DNA from: Acidimicrobiales bacterium
GTDB lineage: Bacteria; Actinomycetota; Acidimicrobiia; Acidimicrobiales; JAHWLA01
Length of the DNA: 64,000 nt
Direction of reading: 5' to 3'
NCBI GenBank assembly: GCA_036260075.1
Contig: DATAAM010000066.1
Coordinates: 4,226 to 68,225 of the forward strand
The translations under genes and the position numbers were made by a program. How positions within the stretch are numbered: the first letter of the stretch is position 1; each line of letters begins with the position of its first letter. The notes beneath the pieces were generated by a model. It worked only from the letters and a program-made list of their open reading frames with translations, had not been told where the DNA came from and made no database searches. Below, one piece after another: positions 55,733 through 64,000 of the stretch.

Positions 55733-56904
55733 TGCCAGAGGACGGGGTGCAGCACGTGCACGCCCTGCAACCCCTTCAGCTCCACCGTGCGGGGCGGGCC
55801 GAAGTCGAACTCGCCGCTCGACTCCACCAGCTCCTTCAGCAACGAGGACACCAGCACGGTGTCGCCGTCGGCTTCGTCGGCGATGCGCGCCGCCAGGATG
55901 ACGCTGCGGCCGAACAGGTCGTTCTCCTCGCGGATGACCTCGCCGGTGTGCAGGCCGATCCGCACCCTGATGGCCTGGTCGGGGTGCTTCTCGGACCACT
56001 CGGCGATCGCCCGCTGGATGCCGATGGCACAGCGCACGCCGCGCCGGGCGCCCGCGAACGCGACCATGAAGCTGTCGCCCTGCGACTTGACCTCGCGGCC
56101 GCCGCAGGCGGCGATCTGGGCGCGCACCAGCTCGTTGTGGGCACGCAGCAGCTCCTGGGCCTTGAGGTCGCCCAGCTTCTCGGTGAGGACGGTGAAGTCC
56201 TCGATGTCGCTGAAGAGGACGGTGACGGTGCCGTCGGGCGCCGTCTGCTCTTCCAGCGCGGGCGGGTCGGCGGCCACGGCGTCGGCCATCTGCTCGAGCC
56301 CGAGGTCGCTCGACGCGTCGCGTGCCTCCTTGCGCCGGCTGGGCCTGCTACGCACGACCACGCCGCCCCAGAAGGCGACCGCCTTGACCTTGATGACGGG
56401 CGTGCCCGGCAGGATCGGGACGTCGTTCACCCGCCGGTCGACGCCGCCCATGATCGGTGTTCCCTCGACCTCGACGCGCACGCCCTCGGGCACGACGATG
56501 TCGATGCCGCCCATGATCGCCACCGCCTTGACGTTGACGACGGGACCCGACCACTCGGCGGCCCGGAAGTCGAGGTGCACGCCGCCCCAGAAGGCGACCG
56601 CCTTCACCTTGTCGCCGGGGCGCCAGCGGCCACGGCGGACGCCGCCGCACATGATGCCGAGGACCATGGTGCACTTCGGCGATCGATCGGGAACGGCCGG
56701 CCCGGGGACGCCCAGCTCTGTGGCGATGGCGTCGAGCTCCTTGGTCGACCTCGCCTTCAGCACGAGCGAGACCCGGTCGGAGAACTCGTCGAGCGTGAGG
56801 AGGCCATCGGCGCACTGTGTGCGGAGCAGCGCGACCAAGCGGTCGCGGTCGGCGTCCGTAGGGCGCTCCGCCGGAGGCACTCCCTCCCTGTGCCGTTCGA
56901 GCAT
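55729..56904 (-). CDS. DUF1707 + LiaF-C-like repeat region + class III adenylate/guanylate cyclase
   Basis: The N-terminus is DADRDRLVALLRTQCADGLLTLDEFSDRV. KVKAVAFWGG blocks are repeated in the middle. The C-terminus carries VLFSDIEDFT...GDSFMVAF...GLHTGEV. Confidence 0.85.
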   Translation of the reverse strand: MLERHREGVPPAERPTDADRDRLVALLRTQCADGLLTLDEFSDRVSLVLKARSTKELDAIATELGVPGPAVPDRSPKCTMVLGIMCGGVRRGRWRPGDKVKAVAFWGGVHLDFRAAEWSGPVVNVKAVAIMGGIDIVVPEGVRVEVEGTPIMGGVDRRVNDVPILPGTPVIKVKAVAFWGGVVVRSRPSRRKEARDASSDLGLEQMADAVAADPPALEEQTAPDGTVTVLFSDIEDFTVLTEKLGDLKAQELLRAHNELVRAQIAACGGREVKSQGDSFMVAFAGARRGVRCAIGIQRAIAEWSEKHPDQAIRVRIGLHTGEVIREENDLFGRSVILAARIADEADGDTVLVSSLLKELVESSGEFDFGPPRTVELKGLQGVHVLHPVLWH

Positions 56905-56930
56905 CGTCCGGCCAGTCTCCCAGATGCCGG

Positions 56931-58061
56931 TCAGCCCGCGCCTGCAACGTGACGATCGTCACGTCCGCCCGGGTGGAGGGGGCCGTCCCGGTCACGCAGC
57001 GACGGGGCGGCCCGGCCGGTGCGCAAGGCGATGATCTCGGCGCAGATCGACACGGCCGTCTCCTCCGGGGTGCGGGCACCCACGTCGAGGCCGATGGGGG
57101 CCATGAGCCGGGCCAGCCCCGCGTCGTCGACCCCGGCCTCCCGCAGCCGCTCCACTCGGGTGGCGTGCGTGCGGCGCGAGCCCATGGCTCCGAGGTAGCC
57201 GACGTCGGTCTCCAGCGCGGCGAGGATGGCGGGCACGTCGAACTTGGGGTCGTGGGTGAGCACGCACACCGCGTCGCGACGGCCGAGCGACGGCCCCACC
57301 TCGGCCAGGTGGCGGTCGGGCCATTCCACCACCACCTCGTCGGCCATGGGGAACCGGGCGGCGGTGGCGAACACGGGCCGGGCGTCGCAGACGGTGACGC
57401 GGTAGCCGAGCAGCTTGGCCAGGCTCGCCAGCGCGGCGGTGAAGTCGACAGCGCCGAAGATCACCATGCGGGGTGGCGGGCCGAACGACTCCACGAAGGC
57501 GGCCACCTCCGACTGGCGAGCCTCGCCGTGGGGGCCGTAGTGGCGGATGACGGTGAGGCCCGAGGCCAACTCGCCGAGGGCGTCGCGGGCCACCACCCGG
57601 TCGAGGTCGGGGTCGCCCAGGGTGCCGATCGGCTCGGCGTCGGGGCGCACGAGCAATGTGGCGCCCACGTTGGGCCCTGCCACCTCGGTGACCAGCGCCA
57701 CCGGCTCCTCGGCGCGCAGGGCGTCGCGCAGTGGCTCGTAGACGGCCGGCCAGTCGAGCGGCTCCACGAACAGGGTGACGGTGCCGCCGCACGTGAGCCC
57801 CACGGCGAAGGCTTCGTCGTCGGAGTAGCCGAAGCTGACCAGGCGGGGCCTGTCGGTCCCGAGGACGTCGAGCGCCTCGGCGACCACTGCCCCCTCGACG
57901 CAGCCGCCCGACACGGAGCCCGCCACCTCGCCTGTGTCGTCGACCACCATCGCCGCCCCCGGGTCGCGCGGTCCGGATCCTTCGAGGCCGACGACGCGCG
58001 CCAGCGCAAGCCGACGGCCGCTCGACCGCCGCCGCTCGATGTCGTCGAGGAGCTCTCTCAT
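56931..58061 (-). CDS. XdhC/CoxF-like molybdoenzyme maturation protein
   Basis: The ATG at 58061 overlaps the upstream TGA. Contains GSVSGGCVE, the FGAVDF Rossmann motif and YLGAMGSRRT. Confidence 0.85.
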   Translation of the reverse strand: MRELLDDIERRRSSGRRLALARVVGLEGSGPRDPGAAMVVDDTGEVAGSVSGGCVEGAVVAEALDVLGTDRPRLVSFGYSDDEAFAVGLTCGGTVTLFVEPLDWPAVYEPLRDALRAEEPVALVTEVAGPNVGATLLVRPDAEPIGTLGDPDLDRVVARDALGELASGLTVIRHYGPHGEARQSEVAAFVESFGPPPRMVIFGAVDFTAALASLAKLLGYRVTVCDARPVFATAARFPMADEVVVEWPDRHLAEVGPSLGRRDAVCVLTHDPKFDVPAILAALETDVGYLGAMGSRRTHATRVERLREAGVDDAGLARLMAPIGLDVGARTPEETAVSICAEIIALRTGRAAPSLRDRDGPLHPGGRDDRHVAGAG

Positions 58062-59146
58062 CGGGCGATCACCCGGGACAGTGCTTCGAGCGAGGCGAGC
58101 GAGTGCCCTTCCACCAGCTCGTCGACATAGGGCAGCGCCGCGGCCATGCCCCGGGCCAGGGGCGCGTAGCCGGGCGTCGCCTTCAGCGGGTTGACCCACA
58201 CGATCCGGTGCGCCACCCGGCGCAACCGGGCCATCTCCTGGGCCAGGCGGCCCGGGTCGCCGCGGTCCCACCCGTCGGAGAGGACGACCACCACCGCGCC
58301 TCGGGCCAGGCCGCGCACGCCCCACTCGTCGTTGAACCGGCGCAGTCCCTCGCCCAAGCGGGTGCCGCCCGACCAGTCGACGACGGCGCGGGCGGCTGCG
58401 GCCAAGGCGGCGTCGGGGTCGCGGGTCGACAGCTCGCGCGTGAGCCGGGTGAGGCGCGTGCCCACGGCGAACGCCTCGACGCGGCGGCCGCCTGCCACCG
58501 CCGTGTGCAGGAAGCGGGCGAGCGCTCGGGCGTAGGGGTCCATCGAGCCGCTGACGTCGCACAGCAGGACGATCCGGCGGGGCCGTTGCGACGTCGCCTT
58601 GCGGGGCCGGCGCACCACCTCTCCCCCGGTCGCGAAGGCGGCGCGCACGGTGGCCCGCACGTCGGGCCTGCCGCCGCGGCGGCTGGGTCGCAGCCGGCGC
58701 GACCGACGCAGCGCGCCCGCCAGCCGGAGGTCGGCCATCAGACGACGGGCCTCGGCCAGCTCGTCGTGCGAGTACGCGGCGAAGTCCTTGTGGCGGAGCA
58801 CCTCCCGGGGGCTGAAGCGGACGACGAGCGAGGGGACACCGGGCTCCGCCTGCGTGCCGGCCTTGTCGCCGTCCGCGTCGAGGCCGAGCTCCGGCTCCTC
58901 TGCGCCGAGGGAGACGACCGGCATCTCGTCGCCCTCCTCGCCGGTCCAGAACGCAGAGAAGGCCCGGTCGTAGGCGGGCGCGTCCTCGGGGCGCCGCACG
59001 AGCGCGGCCCGCCCAGCCCAGTACACCCCGTCGCGTCGTTCGAGGCCCACGGCGTCGAGCGCCTCGGCCAACAGCACGACGCTGCCCACCGGCACGTCGA
59101 CCCCGTGGCGCCGCACCGCCGCCGCGAAGGCGACGGCGACGTTCAC
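58058..59146 (-). CDS. VWA domain protein (CoxE-like)
   Basis: The GTG at 59146 overlaps the upstream TGA. The MIDAS-type motif LLCDVSGSM is present. The overall pattern matches the CoxE family. Confidence 0.85.
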   Translation of the reverse strand: MNVAVAFAAAVRRHGVDVPVGSVVLLAEALDAVGLERRDGVYWAGRAALVRRPEDAPAYDRAFSAFWTGEEGDEMPVVSLGAEEPELGLDADGDKAGTQAEPGVPSLVVRFSPREVLRHKDFAAYSHDELAEARRLMADLRLAGALRRSRRLRPSRRGGRPDVRATVRAAFATGGEVVRRPRKATSQRPRRIVLLCDVSGSMDPYARALARFLHTAVAGGRRVEAFAVGTRLTRLTRELSTRDPDAALAAAARAVVDWSGGTRLGEGLRRFNDEWGVRGLARGAVVVVLSDGWDRGDPGRLAQEMARLRRVAHRIVWVNPLKATPGYAPLARGMAAALPYVDELVEGHSLASLEALSRVIAR

Positions 59147-60030
59147 CGCACCTCCGCGAGCAGCTCCCGCAGGCCGACGGCCCGAACGCGCTCCTGGTCC
59201 TCGCGGTACTTCACGACGGCGCCCAGGGTGGCGGCGACGGTAGCCTCGTCGAGCGCGGCTCGCCCGAGCGCGGCCAGCGCCTCCGCCCAGTCGATCGTCT
59301 CCGCCACGCCGGGCGGCTTGTACAGGTCGAGGGCGCGCAGCCGCTCGACTGCCGCCGCCACCTGCCGGGCCAGCGACTCGGCCACCTCCGGCACCCGGCG
59401 GCGCACGATGGCGACCTCGCGCTCGAGGTCGGGGTGTTCCACCCAGTGGTACAGGCAGCGGCGCTTCAGCGCGTCGTGCACGTCGCGCGTGCGGTTCGAG
59501 GTGATCACCACCACGGGGGGCACGATCGCCCGGAACGTGCCCAGCTCGGGGACGGTGATCGCGTAGTCGGACAGGATCTCCAGCAGGAAGGCCTCGAACT
59601 CGTCGTCGGCCCGGTCGAGCTCGTCGATGAGCAGGACCGGAGGCGGCCCCTCGCCGTCGTGGGCAATGGCCCGAAGGAGCGGACGGCGGACGAGGAACCG
59701 CTCCGAGTAGAGCTCGTCCTCCACGTCGACGCCACGACCCTCGGCCGCCCGCAGGTGGAGGAGCTGTCGCGAGTAGTCCCACTCGTACACGGCCTGTGAG
59801 ACGTCGACGCCCTCGTAGCACTGGAGCCGGAGCAGCTCGCCGCCGGTCCATCGGGCGAGCACCTTGGCCAGCTCCGTCTTGCCCACGCCTGCCTCGCCCT
59901 CCAACAGGAGCGGCCGGCGGAGCCGCACGGCGAGGAAGACGGCAGTCGCCAGCCCTTCGTCGGCGAGGTAGTCGTGGTCGGCCAACGCCCGGTGGACGAC
60001 GTCGACCGAGAGCTCCTCCCCCGTCGTCAC
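59143..60030 (-). CDS. MoxR-type AAA+ ATPase (CoxD-like)
   Basis: The GTG at 60030 overlaps the upstream TGA. Contains Walker A EGEAGVGKT, Walker B LLIDELDRA and VITSNR. Confidence 0.9.
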   Translation of the reverse strand: MTTGEELSVDVVHRALADHDYLADEGLATAVFLAVRLRRPLLLEGEAGVGKTELAKVLARWTGGELLRLQCYEGVDVSQAVYEWDYSRQLLHLRAAEGRGVDVEDELYSERFLVRRPLLRAIAHDGEGPPPVLLIDELDRADDEFEAFLLEILSDYAITVPELGTFRAIVPPVVVITSNRTRDVHDALKRRCLYHWVEHPDLEREVAIVRRRVPEVAESLARQVAAAVERLRALDLYKPPGVAETIDWAEALAALGRAALDEATVAATLGAVVKYREDQERVRAVGLRELLAEVR

Positions 60031-60983
60031 GGTGTCGACGGAGGCGTGGACGAGGTGGTGGTGGACGACGTGGTGGGAGCCGTGGTCGTGCTCGTGGCGA
60101 CGGTGGTGGTCGTGGTGGGCGCGGTCGTGGTGGTGCTCGTGCTGGTGGTCGTCGTCGGCCCCTCGCCGGGGGCCTGCTCGTCGAACGGCACGGGCGCCCG
60201 CTTGCCGCCGAGGACGTACACGGGCGTGCCCCGGTCGACTGTGTCGTGGAACCACGGCGAGGAGGGCATGGGGATGCGCACGCAGCCGTGGGAGGCCGGG
60301 TAGGCAGGCACCGACGGCGCGCCGTGGATGGCGATGCCGCCGTTGAAGTAGAGCGGGTTGTAGAGCTTGCCGAGCCGGCTCACCCGCAGGCCCTTGATCT
60401 TGCGGTTCACCTTGAACGACCCGCCCGGGGTGACCGCTGTGGCGCACTGGCCGTCCACGCAGTAGCGCTTGTTGTTGCCCGTGGACACGGGGAGGATGCG
60501 CGTGAGCTCGCCGCCCTTGTAGAGGAACAGCACCTGGCGCTTGAGGTCGACCTCGACCCTGGTGCCCCCGCCGTCGGGCATCATCGGCGGCGGCGGCGTG
60601 GCCGTCTGCAGCGCCTTCACCACGTCGTCGGTGGCCCGACCGGTGCGCGGCAGGCCGTGGACCTTCTGGAAGGCGGTCACCGCGTGCTGCGTCATGGCGT
60701 CGAAGGCGTCGTTCACGATGCCGGTGTCGTACTTCAGCGCCGCCAGCCGCTCCTCCAACGCCTGCACCTCGGGGCCCTTGGCGCCGCGCCCGAGGCCGGG
60801 CGGGATCGGCTTGGCCGTCGTCGTGGTCGTCGGGGGCGCCGTGGTCGTGGTGGTGGTCGACGTGGTGGTGGTGCTGGTGGTGGTCGCGGCGTCCTCCGCC
60901 GACGAGCCGGTGCACGCGCTGAGGCCTGCCGCCACGAGGACGGCCGCCGTGACGCCGGTGAAGGTGCGCGCGCTCGGGTGCAA
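60027..60983 (-). CDS. L,D-transpeptidase lipoprotein with a peptidoglycan-binding domain and Thr-rich linkers
   Basis: The TTG at 60983 gives LHPSARTFTGVTAAVLVAAGLSAC, which carries a lipobox. A PG_binding-like segment (GPEVQALEERLAAL) follows. The YkuD active site HGCVR is present. The C-terminal tail is poly-Thr/Ser. Confidence 0.8.
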   Translation of the reverse strand: MHPSARTFTGVTAAVLVAAGLSACTGSSAEDAATTTSTTTTSTTTTTTAPPTTTTTAKPIPPGLGRGAKGPEVQALEERLAALKYDTGIVNDAFDAMTQHAVTAFQKVHGLPRTGRATDDVVKALQTATPPPPMMPDGGGTRVEVDLKRQVLFLYKGGELTRILPVSTGNNKRYCVDGQCATAVTPGGSFKVNRKIKGLRVSRLGKLYNPLYFNGGIAIHGAPSVPAYPASHGCVRIPMPSSPWFHDTVDRGTPVYVLGGKRAPVPFDEQAPGEGPTTTTSTSTTTTAPTTTTTVATSTTTAPTTSSTTTSSTPPSTP

Positions 60984-61065
60984 AGAGGTCTCTCGGCTCG
61001 GGGAAGTGCCGTCATGATACGGCCGGCTTGACCGCACGGTCAGGTTACGATCCGACGCAGCGTCG

Positions 61066-61117
61066 GGTTCTGGGGGAGGAATGCCGACGCAGGCGCCGGG
61101 ATCCCTCCCCCAGAACC
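61066..61117 (+). promoter_or_regulatory. 5'-UTR hairpin with an anti-SD arm upstream of the LLM oxidoreductase gene
   Basis: This is a perfect 14-bp inverted repeat: GGTTCTGGGGGAGG (61066-61079) and CCTCCCCCAGAACC (61104-61117), with a 24-nt loop. The 3' arm could alternatively pair with the SD GAGGGAGGGAG (61124-61134). Confidence 0.45.
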
Positions 61118-61134
61118 GCAGACGAGGGAGGGAG

Positions 61135-62265
61135 ATGCGCATCTTCAGCTTCCACCTCATGCCCTATCCGGCGCTCCCGCCCGACTACGACGGGCCCGCG
61201 TGGGTGACGGTCCCCAACCGCCTGTACGACCCGCGCGTCGGCCACGAGGTCTACAACCGGTACCTCGACGAGCTCGTCGCCGCCGAGGAGCTCGGCTTCG
61301 ACGGCGTGTGCGTCAACGAGCACCACCAGAACGCCTACGGGCTCATGCCCAGCCCCAACCTGATGGCGTCGATCCTGGCCCGGCAGACGACACGGGTGAA
61401 GATCGCCGTCGTCGGCAACGCGCTCCCCTTGTACGACCCGCCCACCCGGGTCGCGGAGGAGCTCGCCATGATCGACAACATCAGCGGCGGACGGCTCATC
61501 GCGGGGTTCGTGGTGGGCGGCGGCCCCGAGTACTACTCGTTCTCGATCAACCCGGCGTTCGCCCGTGAGCGCTTCTCCGAGGCCCACGACGTCGTCATGA
61601 AGGCGTGGACAGAGGACGGGCCGTGGGAGCACATCGGCAAGCACTACCGGCTGCGGTTCGGCAACACCTGGCCCAAGCCCCTTCAGCAGCCGCACCCGGA
61701 GGTCTGGATCCCGGGTGCCGGATCGTTGGAGACGCTGGAGTTCGTGGCCAAGCGCCGCTACGCGTACATGGGCATCCCCTACTTCCACATCGACGTGTTC
61801 GACCGTCAGTTCCGCCTGTTCCGCGAGGCGTGCGAGCGCGAGGGCTATGCCTGCGACCCGTTGCAGGCGGGCTGGCTCACACCGATCTACGTGGCCGAGA
61901 CCGACGCCGAGGCCCGGGCGCAGTACGAGGAGCACTGGTGGTACTTCGTCCGTCGCCTGCTCCCTGGCATCGACATCAGCCCGCCCGGCTACACCTCGGT
62001 GCGCAGCGTGGAGAACATCCTCAAGGGCATGAAGACGTTCGCCTCCCGGCTCACAAGCTGGGACGAGGTCGTCGAAGGGTCCTACGCCGTGGTCGGGTCG
62101 CCCGACACCGTCGCCGAACGGTTGGCCGAGAACGTCCGGCGGCTGGGGACCGGCAACCTCCTCGGGCTGTTCCAGTTGGGCACGCTCCCCGCCGACCTCA
62201 CCCGCCGCAACCTCGAGCTGTTCGCCGCCGAGGTCATGCCCAAGCTCCGGGCGCTCACGCTGTGA
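61135..62265 (+). CDS. LLM-class (luciferase-like) flavin-dependent oxidoreductase
   Basis: The ATG at 61135 follows a strong SD. Contains MRIFSFHLMPYP, GFDGVCVNEHHQN and GGRLIAGF. I prefer this start to the track start at 61081. Confidence 0.9.
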   Translation: MRIFSFHLMPYPALPPDYDGPAWVTVPNRLYDPRVGHEVYNRYLDELVAAEELGFDGVCVNEHHQNAYGLMPSPNLMASILARQTTRVKIAVVGNALPLYDPPTRVAEELAMIDNISGGRLIAGFVVGGGPEYYSFSINPAFARERFSEAHDVVMKAWTEDGPWEHIGKHYRLRFGNTWPKPLQQPHPEVWIPGAGSLETLEFVAKRRYAYMGIPYFHIDVFDRQFRLFREACEREGYACDPLQAGWLTPIYVAETDAEARAQYEEHWWYFVRRLLPGIDISPPGYTSVRSVENILKGMKTFASRLTSWDEVVEGSYAVVGSPDTVAERLAENVRRLGTGNLLGLFQLGTLPADLTRRNLELFAAEVMPKLRALTL

Positions 62266-63056
62266 CAACCACCGTCGGGGAGATCGAGCTTCGCCGCCTG
62301 GGGAGCGGGCCGCCGCTGGTTTACCTGCACTCCGCGGTGGGCGAGGGCGAGGGCTTCGTGCTGCTCGACAGGCTGGCGCAGCACGTCGACGTGGTGGCGC
62401 CGATGTTCCCCGGCTACGGCGAGTCCGAGGGCATCGAGCGCATCGACGACATGGAGGACGTGGCCTTCCACCTCCTCGACGTGTGGGATCGCCTCGGCCT
62501 CGACGCGCCCGCAGTGGTGGGCAACTCCCTCGGCGGGTGGATGGCACTGGAGCTGGCCGTGCGCCACCCCGAGCGGGTGTCGGCGCTGGTGCTCGTCAAT
62601 CCCGTGGGCCTCCACATCGAGGGGGCGCCGATCAAGGACGTGTTCGGTCGCAGCCCCGCCGAGCTGGCGGGCGACTTCTTCGCCGACCCGGAGCACCCCA
62701 TGGCCCAGACGATGCGCATGCTGTCGGAACTGCGAAGCAGCGACGTGCCGTTCGACGTGGTGCGACCGCTGTACCAGACGATGTCGGCCACGGCTCGGCT
62801 GGCGTGGGACCCGTACCTCCACAACCCCAAGCTGGCGAAGCGGCTGCACCGGGTGAACGCTCCCACGCTGATCGTGCGGGGCGCACAGGACACGCTCGTG
62901 CCCCGTGCCCATGCCGAGGCGTACGCCTCAGCGATCGCGGGCGCCCGCCTCGTCGAGGTCGAGCGGGCCGCCCACCTGCTCGCCGTCGAGCGCCCCGACG
63001 AGCTGGCGCGTCTCGTCGTCGACTTCCTCGGGATCGTCGAGGGCGCGCAGCAGTGA
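62262..63056 (+). CDS. alpha/beta hydrolase
   Basis: The GTG overlaps the upstream TGA (GTGA). The nucleophile elbow is VGNSLGG. The C-terminus carries RAAHLLAVERPDE. Confidence 0.85.
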   Translation: MTTTVGEIELRRLGSGPPLVYLHSAVGEGEGFVLLDRLAQHVDVVAPMFPGYGESEGIERIDDMEDVAFHLLDVWDRLGLDAPAVVGNSLGGWMALELAVRHPERVSALVLVNPVGLHIEGAPIKDVFGRSPAELAGDFFADPEHPMAQTMRMLSELRSSDVPFDVVRPLYQTMSATARLAWDPYLHNPKLAKRLHRVNAPTLIVRGAQDTLVPRAHAEAYASAIAGARLVEVERAAHLLAVERPDELARLVVDFLGIVEGAQQ

Positions 63057-64000
63057 CGGGCGCGTGAGCGCGACGAAGAGCACGAACGCCACGAACGCGG
63101 CCGCCGCCACCACCGTGGTCTCGTCGAGCCCGATGCGATCGGCCACCGCACCCTGCACGAGCGCGCCGATCGGGTAGATCGACCCGAGAGCCACGAAGTA
63201 GAGGCTGAGGATGCGGGCCCGGAACTCGACGGGCGCCCGCAGCTGCACCACGGTGTTGAGCCCCGACAGGATGCCGATGTACAGCCCGCCGACCACCACC
63301 AAGGCGAGCAACGCGAGCGCCACCCCACCCGCGGCGGCGTAGGCGACCAGCGCGATGGCCGTGCCCACCATGTAGACGACGAGCATGCGCCGACGACCGA
63401 AGCGCAGCGCGAGCGGAGCGATGAGGAGCGCGCCGACCACGGCGCCCACGCCTTGGGCGGTCGTGAGCGCGCCGGTGGCCGAGGCGGTGGCCTTCTCACC
63501 GCCCGCGACGAGGATCGACGCCTTCGCCGGGATGAGGGCGATGAACGGGGCGAGCAGGAAGGCGGCCACGGAGATGAAGAAGACCGCCGCGCGGCAACCG
63601 GGCTCGGCCCAGGTGGCGCGGGCGCCCGCCCTGATGCGCTCGAAGAGCCCCTCGCCGTCGTCGCTCGGGCGGTGGGGCGGCAGGCGGACGAGCAGGAGCG
63701 CGCCGATGAAGACGAAGAAGGAGACGGCGTTGACGGCGAACGCCCACGTGAACGACGTGGCGGCGATGACGACGCCCGCCAGCGCGGGGCCCACCACGCG
63801 GCCGAGGTTGTACTGGGCCGAGCCGAGGGAGGCGGCGGCGAGCAGGTGCTCGCGGGGCACGAGGTCGGGGACCATCGCCTGGTAGAAGGGCATCGTCAGG
63901 GCGAAGACGCACCCGTGGCCGAGCACGACCGCGGTGACGAGGCCGGGCGAGGCGCGGTCGGTGGCGCTCAGCAGGGCGAGCACGGTGGCCAGGCCCGCGC
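62928..64000 (-). CDS. MFS transporter (EntS/MFS_3-like); the N-terminus lies beyond the window end
   Basis: Hydrophobic helices run throughout, and LGSAQYNLGRVVGPALAG is typical of the family. The frame is open to the window edge. The 3' end overlaps the convergent hydrolase gene by 129 nt. Confidence 0.8.
   Translation of the reverse strand, partial: AGLATVLALLSATDRASPGLVTAVVLGHGCVFALTMPFYQAMVPDLVPREHLLAAASLGSAQYNLGRVVGPALAGVVIAATSFTWAFAVNAVSFFVFIGALLLVRLPPHRPSDDGEGLFERIRAGARATWAEPGCRAAVFFISVAAFLLAPFIALIPAKASILVAGGEKATASATGALTTAQGVGAVVGALLIAPLALRFGRRRMLVVYMVGTAIALVAYAAAGGVALALLALVVVGGLYIGILSGLNTVVQLRAPVEFRARILSLYFVALGSIYPIGALVQGAVADRIGLDETTVVAAAAFVAFVLFVALTRPSLLRALDDPEEVDDETRQLVGALDGEQVGGPLDLDEAGARDR

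Noticed and set aside
62928-63056. A 129-nt convergent overlap between the alpha/beta hydrolase and the MFS transporter gene, considered as a sign of a mis-called end or a frameshift.
   Set aside because: Both frames stay open and protein-like up to their stops, and I see no earlier stop or homopolymer suggesting an error. I kept both genes as called and flagged the MFS C-terminal tail as uncertain.

Overview
This is a very high-GC (roughly 70%, spot-counted only) bacterial chromosome segment. Gene content and codon bias look like Actinomycetota, but the taxon is inference. About 72 protein-coding genes are supported. They are tightly packed on both strands, with many 4-nt start/stop overlaps (GTGA/ATGA/TTGA). 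I saw no rRNA, tRNA or CRISPR array. Most genes are housekeeping or accessory metabolism: sufB, msrA, fumC, mutY, ptrB, pilT, ppx, acyl-CoA metabolism, and Cox-type maturation genes in D-E-F-G order. The notable points are: (1) Two genes that the ORF track splits at in-frame TGA codons read through as selenoproteins. One is a U-G-S-C motif protein (19196-19708). The other is an AhpD/CMD-like protein with a C-P-W-U redox motif (21482-22024). Each has a stem-loop starting exactly 11 nt after the UGA. (2) A DNA methyltransferase is followed by a nuclease-like partner gene frameshifted at a C5 tract, next to an IS481-family element inserted at CTAG. (3) A textbook MerR-type promoter (19-nt spacer, 9-bp dyad) drives an apparently leaderless operon of a small Cys protein and MerR. 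(4) A low-GC Fic island has an AT-rich repeat-bearing upstream region. (5) Two secreted proteins are built from a 42-aa repeat. One carries near-identical 126-bp tandem DNA repeats fused to a PQQ-type sugar dehydrogenase. (6) An anti-SD hairpin sits in front of an LLM oxidoreductase gene. (7) A roughly 0.9-kb decaying region holds a multiply frameshifted GNAT remnant. Many long ORFs in the track are antisense or out-of-frame shadows typical of high-GC DNA and were not called.
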